From IMG/VR virus record IMGVR_UViG_3300037067_019759: 64,000 bases of DNA; one strand, 5' to 3'. Every line of letters starts with the position of its first letter. The stretch's first letter is position 1. The stretch is from a virus (lineage: Duplodnaviria > Heunggongvirae > Uroviricota > Caudoviricetes). The notes under the pieces were generated by a model. That model was not told the origin of the DNA. It made no database searches and saw only the letters and a list, made by a program, of their open reading frames with translations. This document shows positions 19,581 through 30,362 of the stretch, piece after piece. The translations under genes were made by a program, and so were the position numbers.

Positions 19581-19723
19581 AAAATTATAATTTATAAACA
19601 GAAAATCCCGCCTTAATAAATAGTAATCTTTCGCAAAAACTATCTATTAAAACGAGATTCTCTGTGCGAAAGATTAAAAGTAAGTTATAAATACAGTATA
19701 TCATACTTCTTAAATAAAGTCAA
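19581..19723 (-). promoter_or_regulatory. Promoter (TTGACT-17-TATACT) plus sequence-divergent pseudoknot of the same topology, upstream of zinc-protein gene 19215-19580
   Basis: -35 at 19718-19723, -10 at 19695-19700. Stem 1 is 19666-19673 with 19627-19635 (TCTTTCGCA/TGCGAAAGA). Stem 2 is 19653-19665 with 19598-19612 (13 bp including two G-U pairs). Confidence 0.45.
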
Positions 19724-19740
19724 GTATTAAATTAAATTAT

Positions 19741-21846
19741 ATGATCAGTAATTCAAATCTTCCTCTCAGAGTCGAAATTTCATATTGGGATGGAATAAAT
19801 TCCGCAGTTTCTTCATCTTTGGTTAAAAAAAATGAACTGAGTTACGCCATAAACGCCAGATCAAAATCCATTGGTAGCATAGAAAAACGTGAAGGAACAA
19901 AAAAATTAGGCAATAGTATCGTAGCTACCGCTAACTATGATATTTTTTACTTCGAGAATGCTCGAACTCCTATTGCAAGTCTTTCTCCTTCAATTTCGCC
20001 ATCAACTAGTCCTTCTATTTCTGTTAGTCCTTCAATTTCGCCATCAGAAAGTCCTTCAATTTCCCTCAGTCCATCTTTTTCGCCGTCAATTAGTCCCTCT
20101 ATTTCGCCATCAGTAAGTCCTTCGCTTTCTCCATCCTTTAGTCCATCTATTAGCCCCTCAGTAAGTCCATCTAATTCGCGTAGCCCCTCTATTTCGCCAT
20201 CTGTTAGCCCCTCGATTTCTCCCAGTTCATCCCCCTCCTCTAGTGTATCACCATCAGCTAGCACTACTACTATTAATGGTTTTTACCGCATTTCTAAAGT
20301 TGGTGGTGTAACTTCTGTTTATTATTTAGATGGTTCTGATACTTGGGTGGCGCTTATAGGAAATGGTACCAATCTTACCGCCGCTAATTTTTCTCATACC
20401 ATTACTGAAGATTGTTGTTTTTTTGTCAATGGTTATGATCTTAATCGTTATATACATTCTGACGGGGTTACTGTTACTACCGCTACAGGTTCTACGGGTC
20501 ATTTATATAATTCTCCTACGGCTCATAAAATAAATTATTATAAAAATAAATTATATTTAGGTGATTATACTGTCGGAGCGAATCGCTACAAAAACGGTAT
20601 AATGATGTCTTCGGAACCATTAGGAATTATTTCTCTTGTTAACGGCGATCATTTATCTGGTGTTACTACTATAAATGTTACTGATAGTAAATATATTTAT
20701 GCGACTGATAGTTTGGACGTATATAGAGGAAATACAAAAATCCAAACATTAACCGTATCTGCTAAAACAGAAAATACAATTACAGTTACTGCGACTACTA
20801 ATGCTTTATTAAGTTCTGATGAACTTTGGGTAAAAGATACTTATGACGGTACTACTTCTAAAAAATTCCGTTGGGCTGGCAATCCGGCAAGCGGAATAAA
20901 TGTCAAACAGTACGATACGATGTTTCTAAGCGGCGGTCAAAACGACGCGATTACGATGATGACAAATATAGGAGATGTGATGATGATAGGGAATAAACAC
21001 AATCTTGCTGTCTGGAATAATAGTAGTCTACAAAATATAGATATCGGAGTAGGTTGCGTAAGCGAACGCGGGTACGTTAAGAATGATGGCGTTTTATATT
21101 TTCTTGATTATTCCGGTGTCTATGCTACTACCGGTGGATTGCCTAAACAAGTATCTGCCAAGGTGCAGAGTTACTTCGATGGTTCTACGAAGGCGGGATT
21201 AGAAGCGGGAGCTATGGGGAAAAAAGGTTCTAGTGTCTTTTGCTCCCTTGGCGACGTTACATTATATTGGCCGGATGGATCGATACGTGAAACGCTTACT
21301 GACGTAGTAATGGAGTTCAACGTACAGCAACAAAACTGGTATATTTTAACTGGAATTTCGTCCACGCAATTTGCTACTTATATTACGTCTAGTGACACAG
21401 ATAGATTGGAGTATAGTGATGATGGTACAAATTGCGATATCCTCGAATTTTTATATAGTGGATCAGCGGTCGATAACGATGGCGTTACTAATAAAGAAAT
21501 ACTTTTTGAAATTGAAACAAATAATATAAATTTTTCAAAGCCATTTGAACGAGTGGTATTCCCGATTGAGGTAATCTTAGAAGCAGAACGCGGGCATGCC
21601 ATCCAATGTTTTGTTAAATTAGATGATGGACAACCGTACGAACTTTCGGGTGAAGGTGTCAAAGGATGCACCGTTTTCCGTATAAAGAACAAAGATATTA
21701 ATAATTCCGTTCCAGTTCGTTGTCGTAACTTGTCTGTAATTTTAAAGGATTTTAGCAAGAGTTTATGCAAAATTACAAGGATTGCAGTGACGTACCTTCC
21801 GTCTAATGAAGAATATACCCAAGATTCAGTTACTTATGGAAAATAA
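19741..21846 (+). CDS. Virion structural protein with an N-terminal roughly 90-aa SPS repeat segment and a large C-terminal domain
   Basis: ISPSTSPSISVSPS... repeat at aa 80-175, then non-repetitive beta-rich sequence. Confidence 0.5.
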   Translation: MISNSNLPLRVEISYWDGINSAVSSSLVKKNELSYAINARSKSIGSIEKREGTKKLGNSIVATANYDIFYFENARTPIASLSPSISPSTSPSISVSPSISPSESPSISLSPSFSPSISPSISPSVSPSLSPSFSPSISPSVSPSNSRSPSISPSVSPSISPSSSPSSSVSPSASTTTINGFYRISKVGGVTSVYYLDGSDTWVALIGNGTNLTAANFSHTITEDCCFFVNGYDLNRYIHSDGVTVTTATGSTGHLYNSPTAHKINYYKNKLYLGDYTVGANRYKNGIMMSSEPLGIISLVNGDHLSGVTTINVTDSKYIYATDSLDVYRGNTKIQTLTVSAKTENTITVTATTNALLSSDELWVKDTYDGTTSKKFRWAGNPASGINVKQYDTMFLSGGQNDAITMMTNIGDVMMIGNKHNLAVWNNSSLQNIDIGVGCVSERGYVKNDGVLYFLDYSGVYATTGGLPKQVSAKVQSYFDGSTKAGLEAGAMGKKGSSVFCSLGDVTLYWPDGSIRETLTDVVMEFNVQQQNWYILTGISSTQFATYITSSDTDRLEYSDDGTNCDILEFLYSGSAVDNDGVTNKEILFEIETNNINFSKPFERVVFPIEVILEAERGHAIQCFVKLDDGQPYELSGEGVKGCTVFRIKNKDINNSVPVRCRNLSVILKDFSKSLCKITRIAVTYLPSNEEYTQDSVTYGK
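19980..20262 (+). repeat. Coding SPS tandem repeat region of gene 19741
   Basis: agtccttcaatttcgccatca-type units. Confidence 0.6.
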
Positions 21847-21937
21847 AATTTAATATAATTGGGTGGTAGCTCCCGTAAGTGGGAAGAGGGGTCTAGTCTC
21901 TCTTCCCAGCCCATTAATAATTAACTAGACTAATTAT
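21847..21937 (+). ncRNA. Conserved two-stem RNA element upstream of HNH gene 21938 (copy 1)
   Basis: Outer stem tggg...ccca. Inner stem GGGAAGAG/CTCTTCCC with loop GGGTCTAGTCT. Conserved CGTAAGTGG and TAATTAACt.GACTAATTATATG. Confidence 0.45.
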
Positions 21938-22765
21938 ATGACTAAAATTTGTACAAAATGCGGGCAGGAAAAAGAATTAAGTGAATTTTATAAACAGAAA
22001 ACTCATAAAGATGGATTATCTTCATGGTGTAAAAAATGTTATAGTTTATATTATTCAAAAAATGAAAAACGTTTAGCTTATCAAAAAAAATATTATTCTA
22101 ATCCAATAGTTAAAGAAAGAGTAAAAAAATATCATAAAGAATGGAGAAAAAATAATATAGAAACAGTATTAATAAAAGGAAAAATCTATTATCAAAATAC
22201 TAAAATAATACGAAGAGAAAAAAGTAAAAATTATAGACAGAATCATAAAGAATATTTTAAGGAATATAATAAACAATATTATCAAAATAATTTAGAAAAA
22301 TTAAAAGAACAACATGAAAAATATCGTCAAAACAATTTAGAAAAAATAAAAGAACAAGCTAAAAAATATGAAAAAAATAATTGTGAAAAAATAAATGAAC
22401 GAAAACGCAATAGAAAAAAAAATGATATTCATTATAAATTAAGATTAAATATTTCCAATTTAATATATATGAGATTAAAATTTAGATTGTCTAACAAAAA
22501 TGGAAAATCTACTTTTTCCTTTCTCCCATATACTGTAGATGATTTAATTAAGCGTTTAGAGTCTTTATTCAAACCTTGGATGAGTTGGAAAAACTATGGT
22601 AATAAACCAGGATATTGGAATATTGATCACAAATATCCTGATTCTTTATTTGATTATAAATCTGTAGAAGACGAGGAATTTCAGAAATGCTGGGCATTGG
22701 ATAATTTACAACCGATGGAATATATAGAAAATATTAAAAAAAGCAATAAATTAATATATGAGTGA
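21938..22765 (+). CDS. HNH-family endonuclease, free-standing. Lys-rich with an N-terminal CxxC ribbon.
   Basis: CTKCGQEK...WCKKCY ribbon. C-terminal WNIDHKYPDS...N..P is His-Me-finger-like. Preceded by the covarying two-stem element. The 3' end overlaps the next gene by 8 nt. Confidence 0.5.
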   Translation: MTKICTKCGQEKELSEFYKQKTHKDGLSSWCKKCYSLYYSKNEKRLAYQKKYYSNPIVKERVKKYHKEWRKNNIETVLIKGKIYYQNTKIIRREKSKNYRQNHKEYFKEYNKQYYQNNLEKLKEQHEKYRQNNLEKIKEQAKKYEKNNCEKINERKRNRKKNDIHYKLRLNISNLIYMRLKFRLSNKNGKSTFSFLPYTVDDLIKRLESLFKPWMSWKNYGNKPGYWNIDHKYPDSLFDYKSVEDEEFQKCWALDNLQPMEYIENIKKSNKLIYE

Positions 22766-25700
22766 AGTTAAAACATATTCAAGCATCCAGAATCCCTACG
22801 ATTCTAATCTCCAGCGGTCATCTAACTCCTCTGACGCTGTTAGTGTTGGCGATAGTAGCAGTGATTTCAGCGACGGGGGGAGTAGCGGAGGTTCAAATAG
22901 CGGTATAACTGTTAGTAACACAGCAACCGAAACACCCTCAAATACCGCCACTATTATTGGTGATTCCTTAAGTGACTTATATCTTGAGACATGGATTCGC
23001 AGTAGATCATATATGCCTAAAGTACAAGGCATACTGATCGACGGTCGCACCGGATATTTTGAAGCGCAAAAAGCCGTAATTACTGGAGATATAACTGCGG
23101 AGACTGGATATATAGGTGGTACCACTGGCTGGACTATCGCCGCTGGTTCTATTAGTTCGGTTAATGGAAGCAACACTACCACGTTATCATCTGGCGGAAC
23201 TAACGCGTTTATTGCTGGGCCAACGGTATTGCCTACAATAACTATTTCACATGCAGGCGTACTTACAGCTACAGGAGCAATAATTAGCGGGACGTTAACA
23301 GCTACTGCAGGTTTTATCGGCGGGTGGACTATAAATACTAATTCTATAACTGATACGGCAGGAACAGTTGGTCTTTCATCAGCGATAACAGTAGGTGACG
23401 ATATTCGCTTTTGGGCTGGACATGCTACCCCTGCCAGTGCTCCTTTTAAAGTAACGGAAGCGGGCGTGTTAACAGCTACATCAGGTGCTATTGGTGGTTG
23501 GACATTAGGGGCAACTACTTTAACTGGAACTGGCGTTACTTTATCAAGCGTGGGCGACGCTTATTTAGCAATCGGAACAACCCCTCCTACTGGAGTTTCT
23601 ACTGGCACGGGAATTTTTATAAATAAAACTGGTTTATTTGGTTTAAATGCTAACGTACAAAATTTTAAAATAGACGCAACTAACGGTAATATAACAGCAA
23701 TCGCAGGGGCAATAGGCGGATTTACGATATCTTCGACTGCTTTATATGCAGGAAATGCGGCTACTAGAGTTCAATTAGACACAACATCAGGAATTCATTT
23801 AGGAGCAACTGCATTTGGGGATGCTCCGTTTAGCGTATCCTTAGCAGGATCATTTATAGCTACTAGCGCTACGATTACGGGTGCAATTACTGCTACATCA
23901 GGGACGATTGGTTCGTTTACAATCGGAACATATCTATATACTGGAACAAAGACTGCGTATAATGATACAAACGCTGGAGTTCATCTTGGCTCCGATGGTA
24001 TTGGAATAGCAAATAATCTATTTACGGTTTCGGCGGCAGGCGTTATTAATGCCGTATCGGGTACGGTAGGTGGTTGTGCCCTGGGAACCACTTCTATTGG
24101 TTCGACTGCTTTTGTGTCTGGGTCAACAGGCTGGAATATTTCCAACGTTGGTACTGCTGAATTTGAAAATATGATAGCAAGAGGAGAATTTAGAACAGCT
24201 GTTTTTGTTAAAGATGAAATTCATGCGACTGGAGGTTCTTTAATAATTTTAAGTGCTTCTACTTTAAAAACTGATTTTACTTCAGTAACTACGCCAACAA
24301 CTTCTACTTTAGATTTAACCGATCCACCATCAGGACACGCACAATTATTTTCTGTTAATGACATTATTAGAATAAAGGACGGTTCTGGAAAAGATAATTG
24401 GTTAAAAGTTACAGGCATATCGGATCAAACTACTTTTTATAGATATACCGTTGATAAGCAAAGCGGAACAAATGGAACTTTTACTGCCGGTGTCGCAGTT
24501 GTTAATTATAAACAATCTACTAACGGACATATACTACTTACGTCTGATGCGACAAATTCTCCTTATATTGACATTGCATTAAATGGTGCAACTCCATGGA
24601 CGGCATCAACATTAGACACAAAAGTTCGCTTAGGATGGTTACAAGGAATTATTGATGCGGATGTTGGATTAAATACAACGGACGTTTGGGGTTTATATAC
24701 TGACAATGCATATATTAAAGGAGTTATTGTCGCTGATACTGGTTATATTGGTGGCACCACCGGTTGGACAATTGCTACTGGTTCCATCAGTTCAATAAAT
24801 GGAGGTAACACTACGACAATAGCTTCGGGGGGAACTAATGCTTATATTGCGGGGACTACTGGATCACCACAATTTATTGTTACGCATGCGGGAGCATTAA
24901 CAGCTATCTCTGCGGATATTACCGGTACAATAAATGCTACAGCGGGATATTTTGGAGATAGCATAAATAGAATTGCAATTGAGTCAGGTGGATTAAATAT
25001 TGGAAATACAGGAGCAATTAGAGGGGGGCAGACCGCTTATGCCACTGGGACTGGTTTTTTTCTTGGTTATTCTGGTTCTGCTTATAAATTTTCTTTAGGA
25101 AATACTGCTAATTATTTTAAATGGGATGGTTCAGATCTACATCTTTCTGGTACGTTAGATGCTCCCTCCGGTTATTTAGGACATATTATTCTTTGTTCTG
25201 TGTGCCACGGATATATAAGTAGCGGTTTAACTACTTATAATTCAGGATCTGGATTTTGGATAGGACATGATGTAGCTGATAATATTTACAAAATATCAAT
25301 AGGAGATGGAACGGTTGAGGGTAGTATGACTTGGGATGGAACTAATTTATTAGTTAGAGGAACTTCGCTTGCCAATCAAAATATTTTTGGCGATGGTTCA
25401 GATGGCGATGTTACAATTTCGGCGGATACAACTTTGTCGTCAGATATGTATTATAATAACTTAACAATTAATACAACAAAAATTTTAAATACTGGTGGAT
25501 ATAGAATATTTGTAAAAGAAACTTTAACAATCAATGGTACTGGAAAAATAATAAGAAATGGAAACACTGGCGGTAATGGCGCTGATGCAACTGCATGGGA
25601 TACTCCTGGTACAACTGGAGGTGCGGGTGGTGCGGCGTTAGCGGATGGTTCAATTAAGGGAGCATTAGCTGGAATTGATGGCGTTAATGGAGTAAGTGGA

Positions 25701-26450
25701 TCGCAAGCAGTAAATGGTCCCGTGACTGGAGTTAATGGAACAGCTGGTAGTTCTGGCGTAAATATAGCAAAATCATTAGTATCTGCTGATGGTGTAAGTG
25801 GAAAGAGTGGAGGAACGGGAGGAAATGGAACAGTTGGAGCTACTACTGCCGTTGGAGGAACGGCAGGTGCTGCAGGATCGGCGGGCACAAGAACGGGAAC
25901 TGTATATAATATCATTAAAAATGCTTATTCCGCTTATTTATTATATGATTTTTTGCCAACAGGAGATAATTTAAAAGCAGCTCCTTCTAATGGTGGGGCG
26001 GCTGCTGGGTCAAGTGGCGGGGCAATGGCAACTCTTGGAGATGGTTGTAGAAGTGGAGCGACTGGAAGAAGTGGAGGTGGGGGTGGTAATGGAGGTATTG
26101 TTTCTATTTTTGCAAAAACTATTATAAATTCTGGTACTATCTCTGCAAATGGAGGAGCAGGAGGAAATGCGGGCACTACTTGGAATAGTGATGCTAGCGG
26201 TACGACAAGTTCAGGCGCTGGAGGGTCAGGCGGTTCCTCTGGAGGATCGGGTGGAAATGGTGGAATATTAATTTTAGTTTATCAAAGTTTAACTAACACA
26301 GGAACAATTCAAGCGATTGGCGGATCTGGCGGAACAAAAGCCGTTGCTGGAACAAAAGCAACGCATGGCTCGGGAACGGCAACGGACGGAACGGACGGAC
26401 AAAATGGAACAACTGGTAACGACGGTCAAATTATATATTTAGTAGTCTAA
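22758..26450 (+). CDS. Tail fibre / tail spike protein, 1230 aa, with a glycine-rich C-terminus
   Basis: Internal approximately 90-aa duplication (TGYIGGTTGWTIA.GSISS.NG.NTTT..SGGTNA.IAG at about aa 115 and 655). C-terminal GGxGGxGG collagen-like or beta-helix-like Gly-rich region. Confidence 0.55.
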   Translation: MSEVKTYSSIQNPYDSNLQRSSNSSDAVSVGDSSSDFSDGGSSGGSNSGITVSNTATETPSNTATIIGDSLSDLYLETWIRSRSYMPKVQGILIDGRTGYFEAQKAVITGDITAETGYIGGTTGWTIAAGSISSVNGSNTTTLSSGGTNAFIAGPTVLPTITISHAGVLTATGAIISGTLTATAGFIGGWTINTNSITDTAGTVGLSSAITVGDDIRFWAGHATPASAPFKVTEAGVLTATSGAIGGWTLGATTLTGTGVTLSSVGDAYLAIGTTPPTGVSTGTGIFINKTGLFGLNANVQNFKIDATNGNITAIAGAIGGFTISSTALYAGNAATRVQLDTTSGIHLGATAFGDAPFSVSLAGSFIATSATITGAITATSGTIGSFTIGTYLYTGTKTAYNDTNAGVHLGSDGIGIANNLFTVSAAGVINAVSGTVGGCALGTTSIGSTAFVSGSTGWNISNVGTAEFENMIARGEFRTAVFVKDEIHATGGSLIILSASTLKTDFTSVTTPTTSTLDLTDPPSGHAQLFSVNDIIRIKDGSGKDNWLKVTGISDQTTFYRYTVDKQSGTNGTFTAGVAVVNYKQSTNGHILLTSDATNSPYIDIALNGATPWTASTLDTKVRLGWLQGIIDADVGLNTTDVWGLYTDNAYIKGVIVADTGYIGGTTGWTIATGSISSINGGNTTTIASGGTNAYIAGTTGSPQFIVTHAGALTAISADITGTINATAGYFGDSINRIAIESGGLNIGNTGAIRGGQTAYATGTGFFLGYSGSAYKFSLGNTANYFKWDGSDLHLSGTLDAPSGYLGHIILCSVCHGYISSGLTTYNSGSGFWIGHDVADNIYKISIGDGTVEGSMTWDGTNLLVRGTSLANQNIFGDGSDGDVTISADTTLSSDMYYNNLTINTTKILNTGGYRIFVKETLTINGTGKIIRNGNTGGNGADATAWDTPGTTGGAGGAALADGSIKGALAGIDGVNGVSGSQAVNGPVTGVNGTAGSSGVNIAKSLVSADGVSGKSGGTGGNGTVGATTAVGGTAGAAGSAGTRTGTVYNIIKNAYSAYLLYDFLPTGDNLKAAPSNGGAAAGSSGGAMATLGDGCRSGATGRSGGGGGNGGIVSIFAKTIINSGTISANGGAGGNAGTTWNSDASGTTSSGAGGSGGSSGGSGGNGGILILVYQSLTNTGTIQAIGGSGGTKAVAGTKATHGSGTATDGTDGQNGTTGNDGQIIYLVV

Positions 26451-26464
26451 AAATAAAATTATTT

Positions 26465-26743
26465 ATGATAAAATATTTTTTATACGAAAAATTAAACGGA
26501 CGGCTAGCATCTTATTCAGATGATGTTATTAAATTTGATAAAAATAAATTTGAATTAAAAAAGATAAATTTAACGGAAGAAGAGTTAACAAATTTACAAA
26601 ATAATAAATATGATAAATTTAAGGATGAAAAGTTAATAATAAAAGATGATATTCAAAAAGCGATAGATGTTAAAGAAAAAATAAGTAAAGCAACAACAAT
26701 GGAAGAACTTAAAAATGTTATATTAACAGATTTAATAAAATAA
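26465..26743 (+). CDS. Hypothetical small protein
   Basis: ORF. Lys/Glu-rich. Confidence 0.3.
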   Translation: MIKYFLYEKLNGRLASYSDDVIKFDKNKFELKKINLTEEELTNLQNNKYDKFKDEKLIIKDDIQKAIDVKEKISKATTMEELKNVILTDLIK

Positions 26744-26747
26744 CAAT

Positions 26748-29579
26748 ATGCGTGTTCAAAAAGGAAATCAAATACAAGTAATAAATCCAATGGATTTAGG
26801 ATTATTTCAAGGTATGGGGTATACGATTTATAATCCTACTGATGTGAATACTTCCGCCCCGTCTAATTTATATAAAAATGAAAACGGTGGTTATGTTTTT
26901 TTTGTCAACAAAATTCAACATCCCGTGTCTGATCCTGATTCTGTAGAAAAATTATGGGGTACCAATATTAAAGATATTAGAGATATGCCAGAATACGGAG
27001 TATCGGGTACTACAGGAGCAACGCAACCATTAATAAAATCATGGCAAATGCAACCAGAAGTAATGAATGGTGGATTACCAGCTACACCAGAACTTTACGC
27101 GCAGGGGCAAAGAGATACTGGACCATTGCAACAAAGTCAAAGTGCTACTCCAAACCCAGCCACAAGTGATATTTTATCTCCAATTCAAAATGGATATGTT
27201 TATGGCGCTGATGTTTTAAATAAAAAAGCTAATGACGCATCGGTTAATACTTTATATCAAGCATATTTTAATAGAGATGCTAATGCCGCTGAATTAAAAA
27301 ATTGGGGAGTGCAAGGTGGCGCGGATACTACTGTTAAAGCATTAGAAGATTTTCTTAAAAGTGAAAGAACAAAATATAACGTAACTACTCCCGTAAAAAC
27401 CTTGGCGGAAATTACTTCTACCCCTATTCCCACTACACCTGCTGCACCTACTGCACCTACTGCACCTACTGCACCTACTGCACCTACTGCACCTACTGCA
27501 CCTACTGCACCTACTACACCTACTGCACCTACTGCACCTACTGCACCTACTGCACCTACTACACCTACTACACCCACTACCCCTACTGCGCCTGTTGCAC
27601 CCACTACACCCATAAATTCGTCTACATCAAATATCCCTTTTATAAATAGTTTAACCGACACTCAAAAACAAAGTATAATTACTCTTTCAACTAAACCAGC
27701 AGATCAGTGGACTACTACGGATAAAACTAATTGGTCATGGGCGACCAATAACTCTTCTATTCCATCAGTATCTGCTCCCACCACTGTTACTCCAACTGTT
27801 TCTGCTAATCAAAATAATATATCAGAATCTTTGATACCGTTTAGAGATGGACTTACCGACGCTCAAAAACAAAGTATTGTTACTCTTTCAACCAAGTCGG
27901 CAGATCAATGGAATGATACTGATAAGGCTAATTGGAAATGGGCGACTAATAATGCTGCGTTACCTATAACGGAACAAGCACCTAAATTGCCAGAAACTTT
28001 ACAAAATAAATTATATGATGCTTTTGGTAGATTTCCAACTGATGAAGATATAAAAAATTATCAATATAATTCTGCTCTTTTTGAAAGACAGTTAGACGAT
28101 GCTATCACGGTAAAAAATAAAAAACAAACAGATGAAACAACACAAATAACTGAACAACAAAAGGCGGATGAAGAAGCAAAAAAACAAGCGACTGATGCCG
28201 CAAATAACGATGCGTTAAAAACTATTTACGGCACAACCAAGCAACCTCTTAACGTAGAACAAAAAGTGGCTAATTTAATCGGCCAAATTTTTACTGCCAT
28301 AAAAAAAAAGGGTGGAATAATAGAAGATACTTTTAAAAACAATATTTTAAATAATCCTACGCAACTGGCAAAATACACTTCTGCCTTGCTTTATGGCGGA
28401 TATACTATTGATGACATTTATCGCGACTTAAAAATTAAAGAATTGGCGGCGCAGGGCATGACGGATTATCAAGGAAAAAGTGGTATTAGCGAAACAATGA
28501 AAGCAACGGAATGGTATAATACTTCCGAAGGGCAATCAAGCAAAAATAATCCCGTATTGGTACCGCCAACTGACACAATGGAAATTAGTGCGGAATTATT
28601 TAACAATCCTATATTTGCTATACCGGCGCAAGCTTTCTCCACATTAGTAGAACCATTAGATAAAAATTCGGCTGAATTTAAAGCTGAGGCGGAAAAGATA
28701 CAAGCGTCATATTATGATATAATGACGCAAAAAGCACAGGCGGAAACGGAACAACAAAAAGCGGTAGCGGATGAAAGTTATCGATTATTTAAAGATAAAT
28801 TAAATAAAACTTACGGAATACAATTAAGTGATAATGCTAATACCGCTTGGGGGCAACTTAATAATCTATTTTCCAGTGCAAGTGAAAAAGGATTAGGGAG
28901 TAGCGGATTACTTGCGGAAGCGACGGACAAATATATGGCGGATATAAGAAAGAAAGATCAAAGGTTAAGAGATGAAAAAGCGACTACAGCTACTACAGAA
29001 GAAATCAACCAATTATTGAAGAGCGGATCAAGTGCTGATATCCAAGCGTATATTGCCAAAGTGGGAGCGGAACGAGCAAAAGAGTTAGGGTTAGTGCCGA
29101 GCGATGAAGTAGCAAATTGGTATAGTACGAGTAATCTGAAAACTCTTTATCCCAATATGAGTGATACGGAAATTGCTAATATCAGAAACACAATGTTGGA
29201 TGAAAATGGAAATTATCGAAGTAATATTTACCAAACAATGTACGGCAATAAATATGATTTAGGACAACAAAAAAAGACTTATCAGGAAGGAAAATTAGAA
29301 GAACAAAAATTAGCGGAAGAGAAGAAAGCGTACGCTCCATTTACAGAAACTAATCCTTTCGTTGATTTAGGAATAAACGAAACAGAAACAAATACAGGAA
29401 CGCAATCTGCTACTCAAAATTATACTTTGCCGAATGCAGGAACGTCAGATATTGATACATCGGATACTAGTGGTAGTTTAGAAAATAGAACGCAGAAAGT
29501 AAAAAATAAAACTACCGGAGAAATTATTTCAGTTTATAAAGATGACGATTGGTGGAAAAATGATTACCAATCGGTTTAA
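26748..29579 (+). CDS. Large virion protein with a (TAP)n repeat and helical Gln/Lys-rich segments. Possible tape-measure-like protein.
   Basis: [10 protein letters not shown] x about 20 encoded by a 9-bp tandem DNA repeat (27430-27610). Long helical regions. Directly upstream of the M23 peptidase. Confidence 0.4.
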   Translation: MRVQKGNQIQVINPMDLGLFQGMGYTIYNPTDVNTSAPSNLYKNENGGYVFFVNKIQHPVSDPDSVEKLWGTNIKDIRDMPEYGVSGTTGATQPLIKSWQMQPEVMNGGLPATPELYAQGQRDTGPLQQSQSATPNPATSDILSPIQNGYVYGADVLNKKANDASVNTLYQAYFNRDANAAELKNWGVQGGADTTVKALEDFLKSERTKYNVTTPVKTLAEITSTPIPTTPAAPTAPTAPTAPTAPTAPTAPTAPTTPTAPTAPTAPTAPTTPTTPTTPTAPVAPTTPINSSTSNIPFINSLTDTQKQSIITLSTKPADQWTTTDKTNWSWATNNSSIPSVSAPTTVTPTVSANQNNISESLIPFRDGLTDAQKQSIVTLSTKSADQWNDTDKANWKWATNNAALPITEQAPKLPETLQNKLYDAFGRFPTDEDIKNYQYNSALFERQLDDAITVKNKKQTDETTQITEQQKADEEAKKQATDAANNDALKTIYGTTKQPLNVEQKVANLIGQIFTAIKKKGGIIEDTFKNNILNNPTQLAKYTSALLYGGYTIDDIYRDLKIKELAAQGMTDYQGKSGISETMKATEWYNTSEGQSSKNNPVLVPPTDTMEISAELFNNPIFAIPAQAFSTLVEPLDKNSAEFKAEAEKIQASYYDIMTQKAQAETEQQKAVADESYRLFKDKLNKTYGIQLSDNANTAWGQLNNLFSSASEKGLGSSGLLAEATDKYMADIRKKDQRLRDEKATTATTEEINQLLKSGSSADIQAYIAKVGAERAKELGLVPSDEVANWYSTSNLKTLYPNMSDTEIANIRNTMLDENGNYRSNIYQTMYGNKYDLGQQKKTYQEGKLEEQKLAEEKKAYAPFTETNPFVDLGINETETNTGTQSATQNYTLPNAGTSDIDTSDTSGSLENRTQKVKNKTTGEIISVYKDDDWWKNDYQSV
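27430..27610 (+). repeat. 9-bp tandem repeat CCTACTGCA (PTA)n, about 20 copies, in gene 26748
   Basis: Exact copies with occasional ACA/GCG variants. Confidence 0.7.
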
Positions 29580-29588
29580 CATAAAAAT

Positions 29589-30257
29589 ATGAGCGATTTA
29601 CCAATGGCAACTAAATACCAAGATTTAAGCGGAGCAATCTCGCCGATGTTGCAAGCGTCTAAAGAAATAGGGGCGAGTGTCAGTAACGCGCGAAGAAAGA
29701 GCAAGAAAGCGGTGGATGTGTCGCAATATAAAGATTTTACCAGTACGCTGGGGCAGTATAGCGGGGGACAGACGGGGACGGCGAATAGTACACCGGCGAG
29801 TATAAGCGCCCTTGGTAATATTACAACTCCCTATATGGGTTCTACAATTTATGAACCAGGTGGAGCTCCCGGTGGTGCTAATGCACATAAAGGGATAGAT
29901 ATTGCAAATTCGATTGGTACTCCAATTAGAGCTTTTGCAGGAGGAACGGTTACTGAATCTATTACTGGAAAACAACATGGTGAATCAGGGTATGGAAATT
30001 TCGTAAAAATAGTTGATGATTCAGGAAAAGAATGGCGATATAGTCATTTGTCAGAAAATTGGGTCCCTACTATTGGGACTAAAGTTTCTAAAAATCAAGA
30101 AATTGGAAAAATGGGAGCAAGTGGAAGCACTTATTCATCCCATTATGACTATGATCCAAATAATCAAAATACGTGGGGTTCTCATCTTGATTTACGAATT
30201 AAGGATTTATTTGCTGGTGGAAAATATGTAGATCCATTAAGTGTTATTAAATCTTAA
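29589..30257 (+). CDS. M23 family metallopeptidase (virion-associated peptidoglycan hydrolase candidate)
   Basis: HKGIDIANSIGTPIRAFAGGTV ... GNFVKIVDDSGKEWRYSHL ... SHYDY is a LytM/M23 signature. Confidence 0.6.
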   Translation: MSDLPMATKYQDLSGAISPMLQASKEIGASVSNARRKSKKAVDVSQYKDFTSTLGQYSGGQTGTANSTPASISALGNITTPYMGSTIYEPGGAPGGANAHKGIDIANSIGTPIRAFAGGTVTESITGKQHGESGYGNFVKIVDDSGKEWRYSHLSENWVPTIGTKVSKNQEIGKMGASGSTYSSHYDYDPNNQNTWGSHLDLRIKDLFAGGKYVDPLSVIKS

Positions 30258-30362
30258 AATAATATAGTATAATACTATTAGGTTCTTAGCGGACGTAAGT
30301 GGAGTGAGGGGTCAAGTCTCTCACTCCAGCCTAAAATTATAATAATTAACTTGACTAATTAT
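30258..30362 (+). ncRNA. Conserved two-stem RNA element upstream of HNH gene 30363 (copy 2)
   Basis: Outer stem ttagg...cctaa. Inner stem GGAGTGAG/CTCACTCC with loop GGGTCAAGTCT. Compensatory changes in both stems relative to copy 1. Confidence 0.45.
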
